Part shown: one piece after another, positions 36,619 to 50,050 of the stretch
Layout of the letters: each line of letters starts with the position of its first letter
Numbering within the stretch: position 1 is the stretch's first letter
Assembly: GCF_006345805.1 (NCBI RefSeq)
Contig: NC_042999.1
Span: 4,774,001 to 4,838,000 of the forward strand
Length of the DNA: 64,000 nt
Direction of reading: 5' to 3'
From: Octopus sinensis
Lineage: Eukaryota
The notes under the pieces: generated by a model
The model's input: only the letters and a program-made list of their open reading frames with translations
What the model was told of the DNA's origin: nothing
The model's database searches: none
Made by a program: the position numbers and the translations under genes

Positions 36619-38141
36619 TATACTTAATCTTTTTTCCTAAACCTGTTGCTGTATCTTTCAAAACTCAGTTATTTTTAATATCCTCTAATGGTTCCTTCTT
36701 TTTCTTTTTTGTCTCAGGCTTTGTGGCTGTACAGTGAAGACGTTGGCATCCCAACCACATAGTTTCAGCCTCAGTCCATCTGCATGGTACCTTGAGCAAG
36801 TATCTTCTTTTGCTATAGGCTGAGGTTTAAGTAAAGCTTTGTGACTGCCCCCATTACACTCTCAGAGTGGTTGGCATTAGGGAAGGCATCCAGCCATAGA
36901 AAACCATACCAAATGAGGCTGGAGTCTGGCACAGCCTTCCAGCATGCCAGCCCTGGTCAAACCATCCAACCCATGCCAGCATGGACAACAGACATTAAAT
37001 GATGATGATGATGATGATGATAAGGAGGAGGAGGATATGTGTGTGTGAGGGTGCATGTATACATACACACATACACACAAACACACAAATACATACCTAT
37101 ATGCATACATATTAATTCAAGTATACGCATGTTCATATGTATGAGTATACATGCACATACACATAATGATGATGATGATGACGATGATGATGATGATGAT
37201 GACGATGATGATGATGATATAGCATTAGCATATATATTCAACTGTATATAAATACCACAAAAAAATCTGGAAATAATCCGAGCTTGTCAATAAATATGAA
37301 GAAAACTGATTTTCTTCTCCTAAGCCGTCCATGGGGGTCATATGTACTATAAAGCAGTGAAATGTTCAAAGCTGCTAATTTGAACTTTTCAGTACCACCT
37401 GACCAACACCACTCAAGGATCTTGGTTTAAAAGGAATTTAAATGAAAGACTTCCCTTCAAAAATCAATCTTTTATCTTTTACCTCGACTGCGGCCCTGCT
37501 GGGGCACCAGCTTGAAGAATTTTAGTCAAACCAATCAACTCCAGTACTTATAATTTTTTTATAAAGCATGGTACTTATTCTATCTACTTATTCTAAGTTA
37601 CCAATTGTCAAGCAGTGATAGGGGACAAACTGGTGTTGGTGTGTTTACATCCCTGTAACCTAGTGTTACAACAAAAGAGATTGATAGAATAAGTACAAGG
37701 GTTTATAAAAAATAAGTACTGCAGTCAATTTAGTCAACTAAAACCCTCTGAGGTGATGCCCCAGCATGGCCACAGTCTAATGACAGAAACAAGTGAAAGA
37801 TAAGCAACAAAATCTAAAACTTAGTCTGGGGAACTAAATACACAGCAAAGAGAGAGACGTACTCACCTATTTATTGTATTTTCCAGAATATTTACACCAT
37901 TTTAGAAAATGGACAAGGGTGGACTACAATAGTTTTAAATGTGTTGCCATCCAATTATAATGGAAATTAGCTGAAAGGATAACAATTGTGTTGAGATTGA
38001 TAAGAACTTTAGAACACCAAGCTCTGTTTGTTGCAAATAAAATAATCTGAATGTGAAATTTGGATGAAAGAAGATAACCTTAATTAAAGGATGTCTTGCA
38101 TTAATAAATGAAGGTGGGTGAGATCAAGAAACAGAAGTTAA

Positions 38142-38361
38142 CCCTTTCATTACCAACCCGACTGAAACCACCTCTGGCTCTGTAGTACAAATGTCTTGTT
38201 TTCGTAAATTTTGAATTAAAATCTTCCACCAAACTTTAGTCACAATTTATGTTCCTAACACTAGCTGAATGATAACTAAGTTATTTTACTAAATTCTTTG
38301 TTATATTTAAAATTAATTGAAAGAAACAGAGCATCTCAACAGAAATATGGTAACAAAAGGG
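38142..38361. mobile_element. piggyBac-like MITE
   Basis: TTAA|CCCTTT..AAAGGG|TTAA. Opposite-orientation copies at 39483-39702 and 39727-39947; interrupted copy at about 22506-22850. Confidence 0.85.
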
Positions 38362-38617
38362 TTAATCAAGATTGCTTCTAGAATTATCTGTTTAATCCAG
38401 TCACGATGCATGTTTCCAGAAAATGTAGTGAGAAATGTTTGCACATTTGCATATTAGCCGTGTCTTATACAAAAGCCGTCATTAGATTTACCATACACAC
38501 TTTCAGCTATATTTCTCAATGTCCACGATGTGTTTAGATATAAACTGTATGTATGAAAGTGTTCTGCAGTATTAAATTTAAATATTCTACAACCTCTTGC
38601 AGTGTTATTATTCTAAA

Positions 38618-38818
38618 CTAGATTTCTTTCTTCTTCATAACTACTATATCCTGTTTTGCTCGCTTAAATAATTGACTCTCGTTGCTAAAAAGGTCATATG
38701 CTGTATATCTACCAAAGAGATACGAGGCCAATGAAGGAGCCATTAAGTGGTCGTTTAACATGCTAGAAATGTCAGTCAAAATTTCTGTCTCTCTTTTTCT
38801 CAAATCATACTCTACAAC
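38618..38818 (-). CDS. Candidate orphan exon (VVEYDLRKRETEILTDISSMLNDHLMAPSLASYLFGRYTAYDLFSNESQLFKRAKQDIVVMKKKEI-stop), product unknown
   Basis: Long CT-rich tract plus taaag acceptor, then 66 open codons of ordinary composition. No family recognised and no upstream coding exon found. Confidence 0.35.
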   Translation of the reverse strand, partial: VVEYDLRKRETEILTDISSMLNDHLMAPSLASYLFGRYTAYDLFSNESQLFKRAKQDIVVMKKKEI

Positions 38819-39482
38819 CTTTAAAAAAAAGAGAGAGAGGGAGAGACAGAGAGAGAGAGAGACAGAGAGAAAGAGAGAGAAGTATATCTTGAATAAAGCA
38901 GTTTGAAGTAAACTAAGGAATGTAGAGGTGGTCAAGGTTAGAATGTTTTTGTTCATTGGTCTGCTTGAAAAGAGCTTAACTGGAACAACAACAGCAACAC
39001 CACTGCTGACAATGCCACCACCACCATCACCACCACCATCACCACCACCACCATCACCACCACCACCACCATCACCTCCAAAGATCATAACAACAATGAT
39101 GCTTTCAGAAACGACTTTCCAAGATAACGATGGTTATTCACAAACAGATCTTCTACCTATTGGTGATTTACTTGCAGTTCAATACCCACAGCATCCTAGC
39201 TTTTATCACAAGCATCATTTTAACCCTTTCACATTCAGTTTAGTCTGTCAGAAGCAATGTTTATTTATTCCTGTTGTTTTGAACTATTCATACAATATTT
39301 CGTACCTTCAAGATTTCAATGATGAGATTGTTTAGTTTTAGCATGACATTGTAGAGTAAGGTCAGGGAGGTCAGATTTGGCCAGTCGGAGCATAAAACAA
39401 GTAGAATATTTTGGCCAGATATGGTCAGTTTAAATGCTAAAGGGTTTAAGAAAATTATCAAGGTTTCAACATCATTGTTTAA

Positions 39483-39947
39483 CCCTTTCGTTATCATATT
39501 TATTTTAAGATGTTGTATGTTTCTTACAATTACTTTAAATATGACAAAGAATTTAGTGAAATAATTTAGTTATCATTCAACTAGAGTTAGGAACATAAAT
39601 TGTAACTAAGGTTTAGTAGAAGATTTTAATTGATAACTTATGAAAACAAGACATTTGTACTCAGAACCAGAGCCGGTTTCAGCAGGGTTGGTATCAAAAG
39701 AGTTTAAAATATCATGGTGACCTTAACCCTTTTGTTACCATATTTCTGTTGAGATGCTCTGTGTTTCTTTCAATTACTTTAAATATAACAAAGAATTTAG
39801 CAAAGTAACTTAGTTATCATTCAACTAGAGTTAGGAACATAAATTGTGACTAAGGTTTAGTAGAAGATTTTAATTCAAAACTTATGAAAACAAGACATTT
39901 GTATTACAGAGCCAGAGGTGGTTTTAGCCGGGTTGGTATCAAAAGGG
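39483..39947. mobile_element. Two tandem piggyBac-like MITEs
   Basis: TTAA-flanked CCCTTT/AAAGGG ends; same body as 38142, inverted. Confidence 0.85.
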
Positions 39948-41561
39948 TTAACATCTGTTGTCCATGCCGGCATGGGTTGGACAGTTTGACTGAGGACTGG
40001 CAATCCAGGAGGCTGCACCAAGTCCCAATCTGATCTAACAAAGTTTCTACAGATGGATGTCCTTCCTAATGTTAACCACTCCAAGAGTGTAGTGAGTGCT
40101 TTTTACATGTCACTGGCATGGGGGATGGGGGCCAGTCAGGTGGTGCTGGCAATGACCATACTTGAATGGTGCTTTTTACGTGCCGCCAGTGTGAGGGCCA
40201 GTCAGGCAGCACAGGCATCGACTGCACTTGAATGGTGCTTTTTACATGCCACCGGCACAGGAGCCAGTCAGGCAACACTGGTATCAACCATGCTTGAATG
40301 GTGCTTTTTACGTGCCACCAGCATGGGAGCCAGCCAGGCAGCACAGGCATCGACTGCACTAGAATGGTGCTTTTTATGTATCACTGGTACCTAAAGGTTT
40401 ACATTTAAGTATTTGTTTTGCAAGATTCTTGATGGGAAATTGTGTGTTGAAACAAATATCATTATATTTGGGGATGGTCATTTTGCCAATAAACAAACAC
40501 CTGTTTATTTGATCTTCTCTTTAGCTTTATTATCATTATTAGCTTATCTGTCAGTTCTGTCATCACACATTCTGCAACCCCTTCAATGACTGTCTGTTCT
40601 ATTCTACATCCCTTCTCTCTTCTCTTGTCTTGTCTATTCCATCTTATCTATTTATCTATTCTGTGTTTGCAAGTTTCTCTGTGATCTCACTAGTACCATT
40701 ACCATGACTAAAGGCACCCGGTACACCCTGTAAAGTAGTTGATATCAGGTAAGACATTCAGCTATAGAAACCATGCAAAAACAGACATTTCTCTGGCTCT
40801 TTGGATCCTGACAAACTCAACCCATGCCAGCATCAAAGACAGATGTTAAATGATGATGATGATGATGACGATGATTGGGATATTTTTCCCTGGTCATCAT
40901 CACCACCCTAAACAAGGAAGAAAACATTAGTGTCACTGGCCCTTCTGAGTAATTTCCCTTAGTTCATTTTTGCTTAAATTGTACAAATTATTTGGGGCAA
41001 ACATGTTTTCTACTCTTTTTTCCTAAAAGTTGGTTTTAATTGCTATTTAGTTAATTATGTAGTGAACCCTGGTGGTCAAGCAGGAAAGCAAAATGAAAAA
41101 GGGACTTAACAAGAGTACTATCCCTCGACCTAGAAAGTTCTCAAACAGGCGCAAGAGTGGCTGTGTGGTAAGTAGCTTGCTTACCAACCACATGGTTCCG
41201 GGTTCAGTCCCACTGCGTGGCAACTTGGGCAAGTGTCTTCTGCTATAGCCTCGGGCCGACCAATGCCTTGTGAGTGGATTTGGTAGACGGAAACTGAAAG
41301 AAGCCCGTCGTATATACGCATATATATATGTGTGTGTGTGTGTGTATGTTTGTGTATATGTTTGTGTGTCTGTGTTTGTCCCCCACAACATCGCTTGACA
41401 ACTGATGCTGGTGTGTTTACGTCCTCGCAACTTAGCGGTTTGGCAAAAGAGATCGATAGAATAAGTACTAGGCTTACAAAGGATAAGACTTGGGGGTCGA
41501 TTTGCTCAACTAAAGGTGGTGCTCCAGCATGGCCACAGTCAAATGACTGAAACAAGTAAAG

Positions 41562-41779
41562 GGTAATTCTAGAAACTTCCGGTTGATGTGGAAGTCAGGG
41601 ACTTCTGGTTCATCCTTTATATAAAGGAACACATTTCTAAATTCAAGCCATTCATTGCCTGTTGATTCTTCAGCATGCACTGAGTTGGTCCGCTCACATA
41701 CACACCCACACGTGTATATGTTTGCCTCATTTACTTGGAGACAAGTGGTGGCAAAAGAATATGTTCTTGTGATGTTACA
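41562..41779 (+). mobile_element. Possible solo LTR
   Basis: (G)GTAA..TTACA ends, ACTTCCGG motif, TATATAAA box; no TSD found. Confidence 0.4.
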
Positions 41780-42039
41780 AGCTTTCCGTCAAGAGCGGCT
41801 AACCGGCTTCCGTGCCAGTGGCACTTAAAAGGCACCATTCGAGCGTGATCGTTACCAGCGTCGCATTACTTGCACTCGAGTCCCGTGCTAGTAGGGTATT
41901 AAGAGCACCATCCGAGCATGATCGTTGCCAGAGCGGCTATCTGGCCACTGTGCCAGTGGAACATAAAAAACACCATTCGAGCATGATTGTTACCAGCATC
42001 GCCTTACTGGCACCCGTGCCAGTGGCATGTGTGAAAGAT

Positions 42040-42280
42040 TACATTTGATGAAGATTTGTCCTCATCTTGTTTGTTGCTAACACAACGTTTCGGCTGATAT
42101 ACCCTCTAGCCTTCTTCAGGTGTCTTGGGGGAAATTTCGAACCTGGGTTCTCATTCCTAAGGCATTTTTCGTTGCTGATTTTATTATTATTATTATTCAG
42201 GTTACTGCTTGGAATCGAACTCAGAATCTTGGGGTTAGTAGCCCGTGCTCTTAACCACTACGCCATATGACCATGGGCAT
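42040..42280 (-). mobile_element. tRNA-headed, hammerhead-tailed PLE terminal unit (best preserved copy)
   Basis: A box TGGCGTAGTGG, B box GAGTTCGATTCC, (AAT)n, second GGTTCGAAAT box, then the HHR. Confidence 0.75.
42079..42124 (-). ncRNA. Minimal type I hammerhead motif (same family as 4423)
   Basis: gacac-CTGAAGA-a-GGCT..AGCC-GAAA-CG-TT^gtgtt; stem I fully paired with one GU. Confidence 0.72.
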
Positions 42281-43197
42281 AGGATGTCAACATCACTATA
42301 ATTATAACACATCTTCTAGAGGCAGTGATAATTTCAATAAACCATGAATTTATGTTGTATATTATTTGACATACCTGTATTTGTCTTTGTTGTTCAAATA
42401 CATGCCATGTATCATATACATACATGTTATATATATGTAATAAAACGGTTGGTTATAGTAAGAAAAGAAATGAATGAATGGAGTATAAAAGCCAGATTTA
42501 CAAAGAAATTAACAAATAAACTTCAAAAACAGGGTGTGACTTCCCATATTTTAGGAGACCACTGGCATGACATTAGTGAAGTTAAGTATATGGTAACGGT
42601 GTTTTCAGGAAGCTAATTCGTTTAACTTTCTTTTTCTATTTTCAGTTATCATTATGGTTTTGATAATTACGCGATGTGTGTTCCCTGTTTTAATGTCCGT
42701 CAACCTGTAAAATGCAGTTTTATTGTTGCACTCTCTACCGCAAACAATTTATAAAATGGTGGCAAGAGAGTTGTCATTGTTGTTGACGATAAATCGGTGA
42801 ATAGGAAGAACAATCGAAAACAAGGAGAATGGCTGCTTCAGTTTGAATGAAAATGATTTATTTGAAGACACAGAACATTGTCAGTGTGTTGACAAAATTA
42901 ATTACGTAGGAAGAAATTAATTTTCACTAAAGACATTGTTATTGGATTGTTATTTCTTCATGTCAAACAACAGATTAAATACATACATACATGAGTGTGT
43001 GTGTGAGGGGGGTAAGAAGCTTGTTTCCCAACCACATGGTTCCGGGTTCAGTCCCACTGTGTGGTATCTTAGGCAAGTGTCTTCTACTATAGCCTTGGGC
43101 CAGTCAAAGCTTTTTGAGTAGATTTGGTCGACGGAAACTGAAAGAAGCCTGCTGCATATATATATATACACATACATACACACACACACACACACAC

Positions 43198-43245
<48 letters not shown>

Positions 43246-44508
43246 TATATATATACACACACATGTACCTATAACGTGTATATATATATATATATATATA
43301 CTTATATATATACATGTACCTATAGCAAGACACCTGTTTCTGCCTCTCTGTCTCTTTGTCACCCTCTAACGTTTCATCCTCTGACACAAGTTCCCTTCCT
43401 CAAATGCCTGTTCCCTTCTCATGAGTTACTTGGTCACCCCCTGTCAGTGCTGGTGCCACATAAAAAACATCCAGTCCACACTGTAAAGTGGTTGGCATTT
43501 GGAAGGGCATCCAGCTGTAAAAATCATACCAAAATTAACCTCGCCTGTGCTAGTGCCACATAAAAAGCACTGAGTTCACTCTGCAGAATGGTTAGTGTTA
43601 GGAAGAGCATCCAGCCATAAAAACCCTACCAAAACAGACACAGTAGCATAGGGTAGGTTTTCTAAATGGCCAGCTCCTGTGAACCGTCCTACCCATGCAT
43701 GCATGGAAGATGGACGTTAAACGATGATGATGATATATCATCTGTCTTTATGTTCTGAGTTCAAATTCCGCTGATGTCAACTTTGCCTTTCATCCTTTCG
43801 AGATCGATAAATTATGTACCAGTTGCGTACTGGGGTTGATCTAATTGACTGACCCCCTCCCCAAAAATTTTGGGCCTTGTGCTTAGAGTAGAAAAGAATG
43901 TTTGCAACTAAAACCATAAGGAAGGGGAAATCAGGAATTTGGCTTAAATGCATGAAATAGAGTGAACAGTGCTAAAGAGGCCGAAAGACCAGGTGGTGGT
44001 GGTGGTGGTGGTAAACTGGTCAGCAGTAATAGAATTCCTTTCTTCCTTTTAACATTCTCTTGTTCCAGTTATCTGGAAACTGTGGTCATGCTTCAAGGTT
44101 TTAAGCCATAATAGCAAATCTGCTAAATACTTCTTCAATCCAGTATTTACTTAATCAATCTCTATTGAAAAATGGCTCAGTTACCTTTTTAATAAAATAC
44201 CACTAACTTTAACACTAGTAAAATATGAACATAGACACATATATACCCTTAAGATATATATGTGTGTGTGTGTGTATAGATAGATAGATATAGATATAGA
44301 TGTTTTGGTCTTTCGACTGTGGCCATGCTGGAGCACTGCCTTTTAGTCAAAGAAATCGATCCCTTTGTAAATCTGGAACTTATTCTATTGGTCTCTTCTG
44401 CCGAACTTCTAAGCTACGGGGACAAAAACACACCAACATTGGTTGTCAAGCGATGATAGAGGGACACAGACACAAAGACACACATACACACACACAAACA
44501 CACACACA

Positions 44509-44599
<91 letters not shown>

Positions 44600-47068
44600 G
44601 AAAGTGAAATCAAATCAAAATCGTTGACGTGGCCGATAACAGTACCGCCTGATTGGCACTTGTGCCAGTGGAATGTTAAAAGTACATCCAAATGTGGGGT
44701 GTAACCAGCCCACTTATGAGTACCCCTAATTCATTGGACAATAAACTTTGCTTGCAAAGACCTTTTGAGGCAAGTGAAATCAAAATCAAAATCACTGACA
44801 TGGACGATGACACTACCACCTGATTGGTAGTCATGCCAGTGGAACACTAAAAGCACATCAGAGCGTGATCATTGCCAGGATCACAAATTGGCTCCGATGC
44901 TGGTGGCATGTACAAAGCACCATTCGAGTGTGATTGTTGCCAACGTCACCTAACCAGCACATGTGCCAGTGGCACGTGAAGAACAGCATTCGAGCATGGT
45001 CGTTGCCAGTGCCAGCAGACTGGCTCCCATGCAGGTAGCACATAAAAAACACCTTTTGAGCATGGTTGTTGCCAGAACTGCCTGACTGGCCCTCATGCCA
45101 GTGGCATATAAAAGCACCCACTACATTCTCTGAGTGGTTGGTGTTAGGAAGGGCATCCAGCTGTAGAAACTTTGCCAGATCAGATTGAGCCTGGTGCAGC
45201 ATTCTGGCTCGCCAGACTTCAGTCAAACCGTCCAACCCATGCCAGCAAGGAAAGCAGATGTTAAACGACAATGATGATGATGATATACAACAGGCTTCTT
45301 TCAGTTTCCGTCTACCAAATCCACTCACAAAGCTTTGGTCAGCCCAAGGCTATAGTAGAAGACACTTGCCTAAGGTGCCATGTAGTGGGACTGAACCCAA
45401 TATTTATACATAAACAAATTGACTGAAAAATGATGAACAAACCTTAACCAGAACTGAACCCACATATCAACACTTGCATGCTACACGTGCATCTGATTGG
45501 GTCAAACGCTCACCCATCAATTTGTTTATTAATGCCGCATTAATTCAGGGAATATATATATATAGAATCGTGCGTGTGTTAATGTGAAATAATCTGAAAA
45601 TTTACCCAAGAAAGTTGTATATCAGGAAGTCAAATGTCAGTAAAACCTTGCTCAAGTAATTTTTATATTTAAGTTTGTCTTATTTTGTATTTTTCTTATT
45701 TTGTAGCCTACAGTACACTTGCCATATGTCTGTATAATATACACGTGGTACTCCTGCACGAGGTTACCTAGGAGTAGAAAACAAAATGGCTCCAAAAAGT
45801 TTTTAACCATTGTTGGACTTTGGTATCAGTGGTGATTGAGACCCCACTTGCCTAGATTTCTACACGCACCAGAAATAGGGAGAGCAGGGAGAAGGAAGGA
45901 GAGAGAATGGATTGCTTGGTAATGATTCTCAAGGATGAATTCCCATTCTCCCCCACCCCATACTTTTTCTGTTGTTTTATTCTTAATTGGTTTCCCTGAA
46001 CTCTTTCGTCATCTTAACCCATTAGCATTGAGATTATTCTTTCAAATCTAATGCTTATTTATATTCTCATTGTTTTTAATTAAACATGTATTTATAGCTT
46101 TGAGATTTCAATCATGTGGTTACTCTCTCTTTTAATTGTTTCAGTCATGTGACTGTGACCATGCTGGAGCACCGCCTTTAGTTGAGCAAATCAAACCCAG
46201 GACTTATTCTTTGTAAAACCTAGTACTTATTCTATCGGTCTCTTTTGCCGAACTGCTAAGTTATGGGGACATAAACACACCAGCATCAGTTGTCAAGGGG
46301 GTACAAACACAGACACACAAACATATATCATCATCCTCATCGTTTAGTGTCCGCTTTCCATGCTAGCATGGGTTGGACAGTTCAACTGATACAACAGGCT
46401 TCTTTCAGTTTCTGTCTACCAAATCCACTCACAAGGATTTGGTCGGCCCGAGGCTATAGTAGAAGACACTTGCCCAAGATGCCACACAGTGGGACTGAAC
46501 CCGGAACCATGTTGTTGGTAAGCATGCTACTTACTTCACAGCCACTCCTCCACCTATGTATATTTGTATACATAGATTGTATATTTTTAGAATGACATTG
46601 TGGCCACTTTAAATGCTAAAGGCTTCAGAATGTTTGCCTGACAAAGCATTTTGAAAGTTTTGGTCTCAAATTTGCTGAGCTTTATGTAAACTTTGACAGG
46701 AGTACATTGCTAATATTTGTCAGTTAGTGTGAAATTAAAGACGTTTTTCGTTTTGGGATTTGGTTTGCAAGGTTCTTTATATGAGTTCGTGTGTTGAGAG
46801 TCAAAACTATTGAAAAGGTTGCAAGACGCAACGAAAATTTTAGGAGAATAAAAAATAAGAAAAAAGTCAAAATTTTACCGGTGAGTGTGTTACAATATAA
46901 GGCACAAAAAGAAAATGACTCTCCCCAGAAACAACAGAATAAAGACGTTTTGACATGTTAGAAAAACATATTTCATGTCCTGAGTATTTTTTCAATCATT
47001 AATTTTGCTGTGCAAAATCATTAATTTTGGTGTGCAATCTTGTTGCATCACATTATGATCTCCTAAAG

Positions 47069-47257
47069 ACAGAGAAAACAATTTATACAAAGTTTGTCAT
47101 GGACCAAATACAAGAAACTGCAGATGGTTTTGTTGAAATTGTTTACAAGAACAATCTTCATGGCATACTGCCAATCTTCAACAATACTGCTGGTATCTTG
47201 GCAACCATTCTGCTGCTATATTGCACATTCTGCAGAACTCTCCTTCAACAGCCTCAG
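47069..47257 (+). other. Candidate exon of unknown function (189 nt, open frame)
   Basis: Strong donor CAG|GTAAAT, weaker acceptor. Non-repetitive; could be a decayed transposon. Confidence 0.25.
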
Positions 47258-48015
47258 GTAAATGAAAATATATCTGAGGAAACAACAGGTCAAACTCAAC
47301 TAAACAGTATGGCATCACTAAATCTTCAGTGAAAGTATGCCGACATGTCTGTTGATAAGAATAATGTTAAAAGAAGAAAACAGTATTTAAGTGGCATGTT
47401 TTATGGTTTCTGCTAAATTGAGTACCATTAATTAGGAATTAGAATTTTGTGCTTTTATCAATAGTAAATTTGGTGGAGTAAATCACGCCTGTATAAGTCT
47501 ATGTGTGTATGTATGTATCAGTGTGTGCACGTGTGTGTGTGTATTGCAATATCAACTAGGCTATTAAATATCGTTATTCACAAAGCGCTTTGCATTGTTT
47601 TAGCTTTTGAATGGTGCCACCTTGCTATTTTGGTAGACAGGCCAACTTTCCACCTAAGTGGAATGTCAGTCTGTTGCAGGGTTACCTGTTTGGCAGTTCA
47701 GCAAAAGAGACCAATATAATAAGTACTGGGGTTGATTTGTTTGACTAAACCTTAGACGGTAGAGTGCCCCAGCATGACCACAGTCCAATGACCAAAACAA
47801 ATAAAAGATAATAGCCAATACATATTCTTTATTTTCTCTCCTTGTTTCTTTCTGCATAAGAGCGTAAGCTCGAAATATTAAAGACTTTTCACTTCCCAAG
47901 CGTTATACTAATACATCTGTTTGTTATCTACACCACCTGTCTTCGTCTTGTTTTTTTGTGAATTCTTCCTATATGCGTTGTGTGTATATATATATACACA
48001 CACACACCACACACA

Positions 48016-48230
48016 CAGAGTAATCCCTCACCATATCACGGTCCACCTATCGCAGTTTATCATTTAAGCTTACGTTGATTCCTCCGTGGTATTTTGCCTT
48101 TAAAATAAATATATACAAATTATAAATATAAATATATATATATACAGTACAGTACTGTTTCTACTTGGCAGATTTTCATGTATTGTTGGTGTTTTGGAAA
48201 GTAACACCCGTGATAGTCGAGGGATTACTG
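48016..48230. mobile_element. pogo/Tigger-like MITE
   Basis: Imperfect TIR CAG(AG)TAATCCCTC..TATCACGG / CCGTGATA..GAGGGATTACTG followed by TA. Confidence 0.65.
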
Positions 48231-48534
48231 TATACATAAGCATTTATATATATATATATACACAGTGTTGTAGGAGCACTGCATCCTTATATATTCATAA
48301 GCATTTATATATATATATATATAGATATATAGTTGTCGGAGCACTGCATCCTTCAAAACTTCCATGCTTCCTGAGATTCGCCAACACTACATCTGATTTT
48401 CTCCCCTCCATACACACGCAAGCATGTATCTGACTCATACACTGTTCACTTCCCAGACATTTGTAGATTACTGCATATGCTTTATACGCACTTTTGACAA
48501 GTTGTGGTGCACCTGAGCACTGTATACAGTAATT

Positions 48535-48568
<34 letters not shown>

Positions 48569-48569
48569 C

Positions 48570-48619
<50 letters not shown>

Positions 48620-48695
48620 TGTGTATTATATCATCAGGCCGACCAAAGCCGTTAGTGGATTTCGTACTCGGAAACTGAAAGAAGATTGTCGTATA

Positions 48696-49342
48696 TCTCT
48701 CTATATATATAAACGGCAGTTTGTCTGTCTGTGTGTCTGTCAGGTTGTACCCTCACGCTGACCACGGCTTTCAACCGATTCTGATGAAACTTGACACACA
48801 CATAGCCCAATGTCATAATTCAAAACTAACGCAGCGAAAGTTTTCAAAAATTCCCCAAGTTCTGAAAAAAATCGATAAATTCGACATGGGGTCGAGAATC
48901 TAAGCTTTTCATATGCAACACATTTTCTGTTATAGTTTTCGCAACTTGCAATTGATTTTCACCAAACTCATGGTGAAGCTTAATGTTACCCTAAAAAACT
49001 TAATTCTGACATTAGTTTTCCATGCAATACCTTACCATGAGAAAATATCGATAAAATCATGCCATTTTGGGAAATCGCGTTCAAATTCAAGATGACATAT
49101 TTTCGACAATATCTTTCACAAATTGGCAGGAATTTTTTTTTAAATTCGCAGCGAGCATCATGTCTGCTCCAAGGAGCTATATGGCCCTTTTTTATTCCAA
49201 TAAGATACTTTATTACTGGAAAAAATCGGTTAATTAAATCATATGTGGCACACATAGCAAACTGATTTGTGTATTAAACACAAACCACAGACTGTCTAGG
49301 GGACGCCTTCCATACCTGGGCAACGCCGGGCTATGCTGCTAG
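48696..49342 (+). mobile_element. Non-autonomous Helitron inserted in a family A SINE
   Basis: A|TC..TATATATAAA start, GGGCAACGCCGGG subterminal element, CTAG|T end, no TSD. Confidence 0.8.
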
Positions 49343-49629
49343 TATGTGTATATTTGCGTTTGTATGTGTGTCTATACACCCATCATTGCTTGACAACCGA
49401 TGTTGCTGTGTTTACATTCCCATAACTTAGCAGTTCGGTAAAAGACACTGATAGTATAAGGCTTACAAAGAATATATCCTGTGGTCGATTTGTTCGGCCA
49501 ACGGCGCTGCTCCAGCATGGCCGCAGTCACATGAGTGAAACAAGTAAAACGATAAAAAGAAAAACTATGCTATTTTAATCCCGGGCAAGGCCGGATATCT
49601 CTGCTAGTATAAGGATATATATTTCAATA

Positions 49630-49641
49630 CTTGTGTGAGTG

Positions 49642-49678
<37 letters not shown>

Positions 49679-50050
49679 ATGCGTGTGTGTTTGTATACGT
49701 GTGTGTGTGTTTGTATGCGTGTGTGTTTGTGTGTGTGTGTGCTTGTGTGTGTTTGTGTGCCTGTATGTTTGTGTGTGTGAGTGTGTGTTTGTGTGTGTGT
49801 ATGTTTGTGTGTGTGTGTGTGTGTGTGAGTATGTGTGTTTGTGTGTGTGCTTGTATGCGTGTGTGTTTGTGTGTGTGTGTTTGTGTGTGTGCGGTAGTGT
49901 GTGTGTGTTTGTGTGCCTGTATGTTAGTGTGTGTGTGTTTGTGTGCCTGTATGTTAGTGTGTGTGAGTGTGTGTTTGTGTGTGTATGTGTGTGTGTGTGT
50001 ATGTTTGTGTGTGTGTATGCATGTGTGTGTGTATGCATGTGTGTGTGTGT
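49630..50050. repeat. Complex (TG)n-rich satellite
   Basis: Direct reading. Confidence 0.95.

Noticed and set aside
38928-39335. Proline-rich plus-strand ORF and the Gly-rich start of the minus ORF
   Set aside because: Driven by a (CCA/CAT)n microsatellite.
42200-42272. tRNA-Ser(ACT)-like gene
   Set aside because: Anticodon and T stems do not pair and there is no long variable arm. It is a retroposon head, as are 20480-20550 and 25495-25570.
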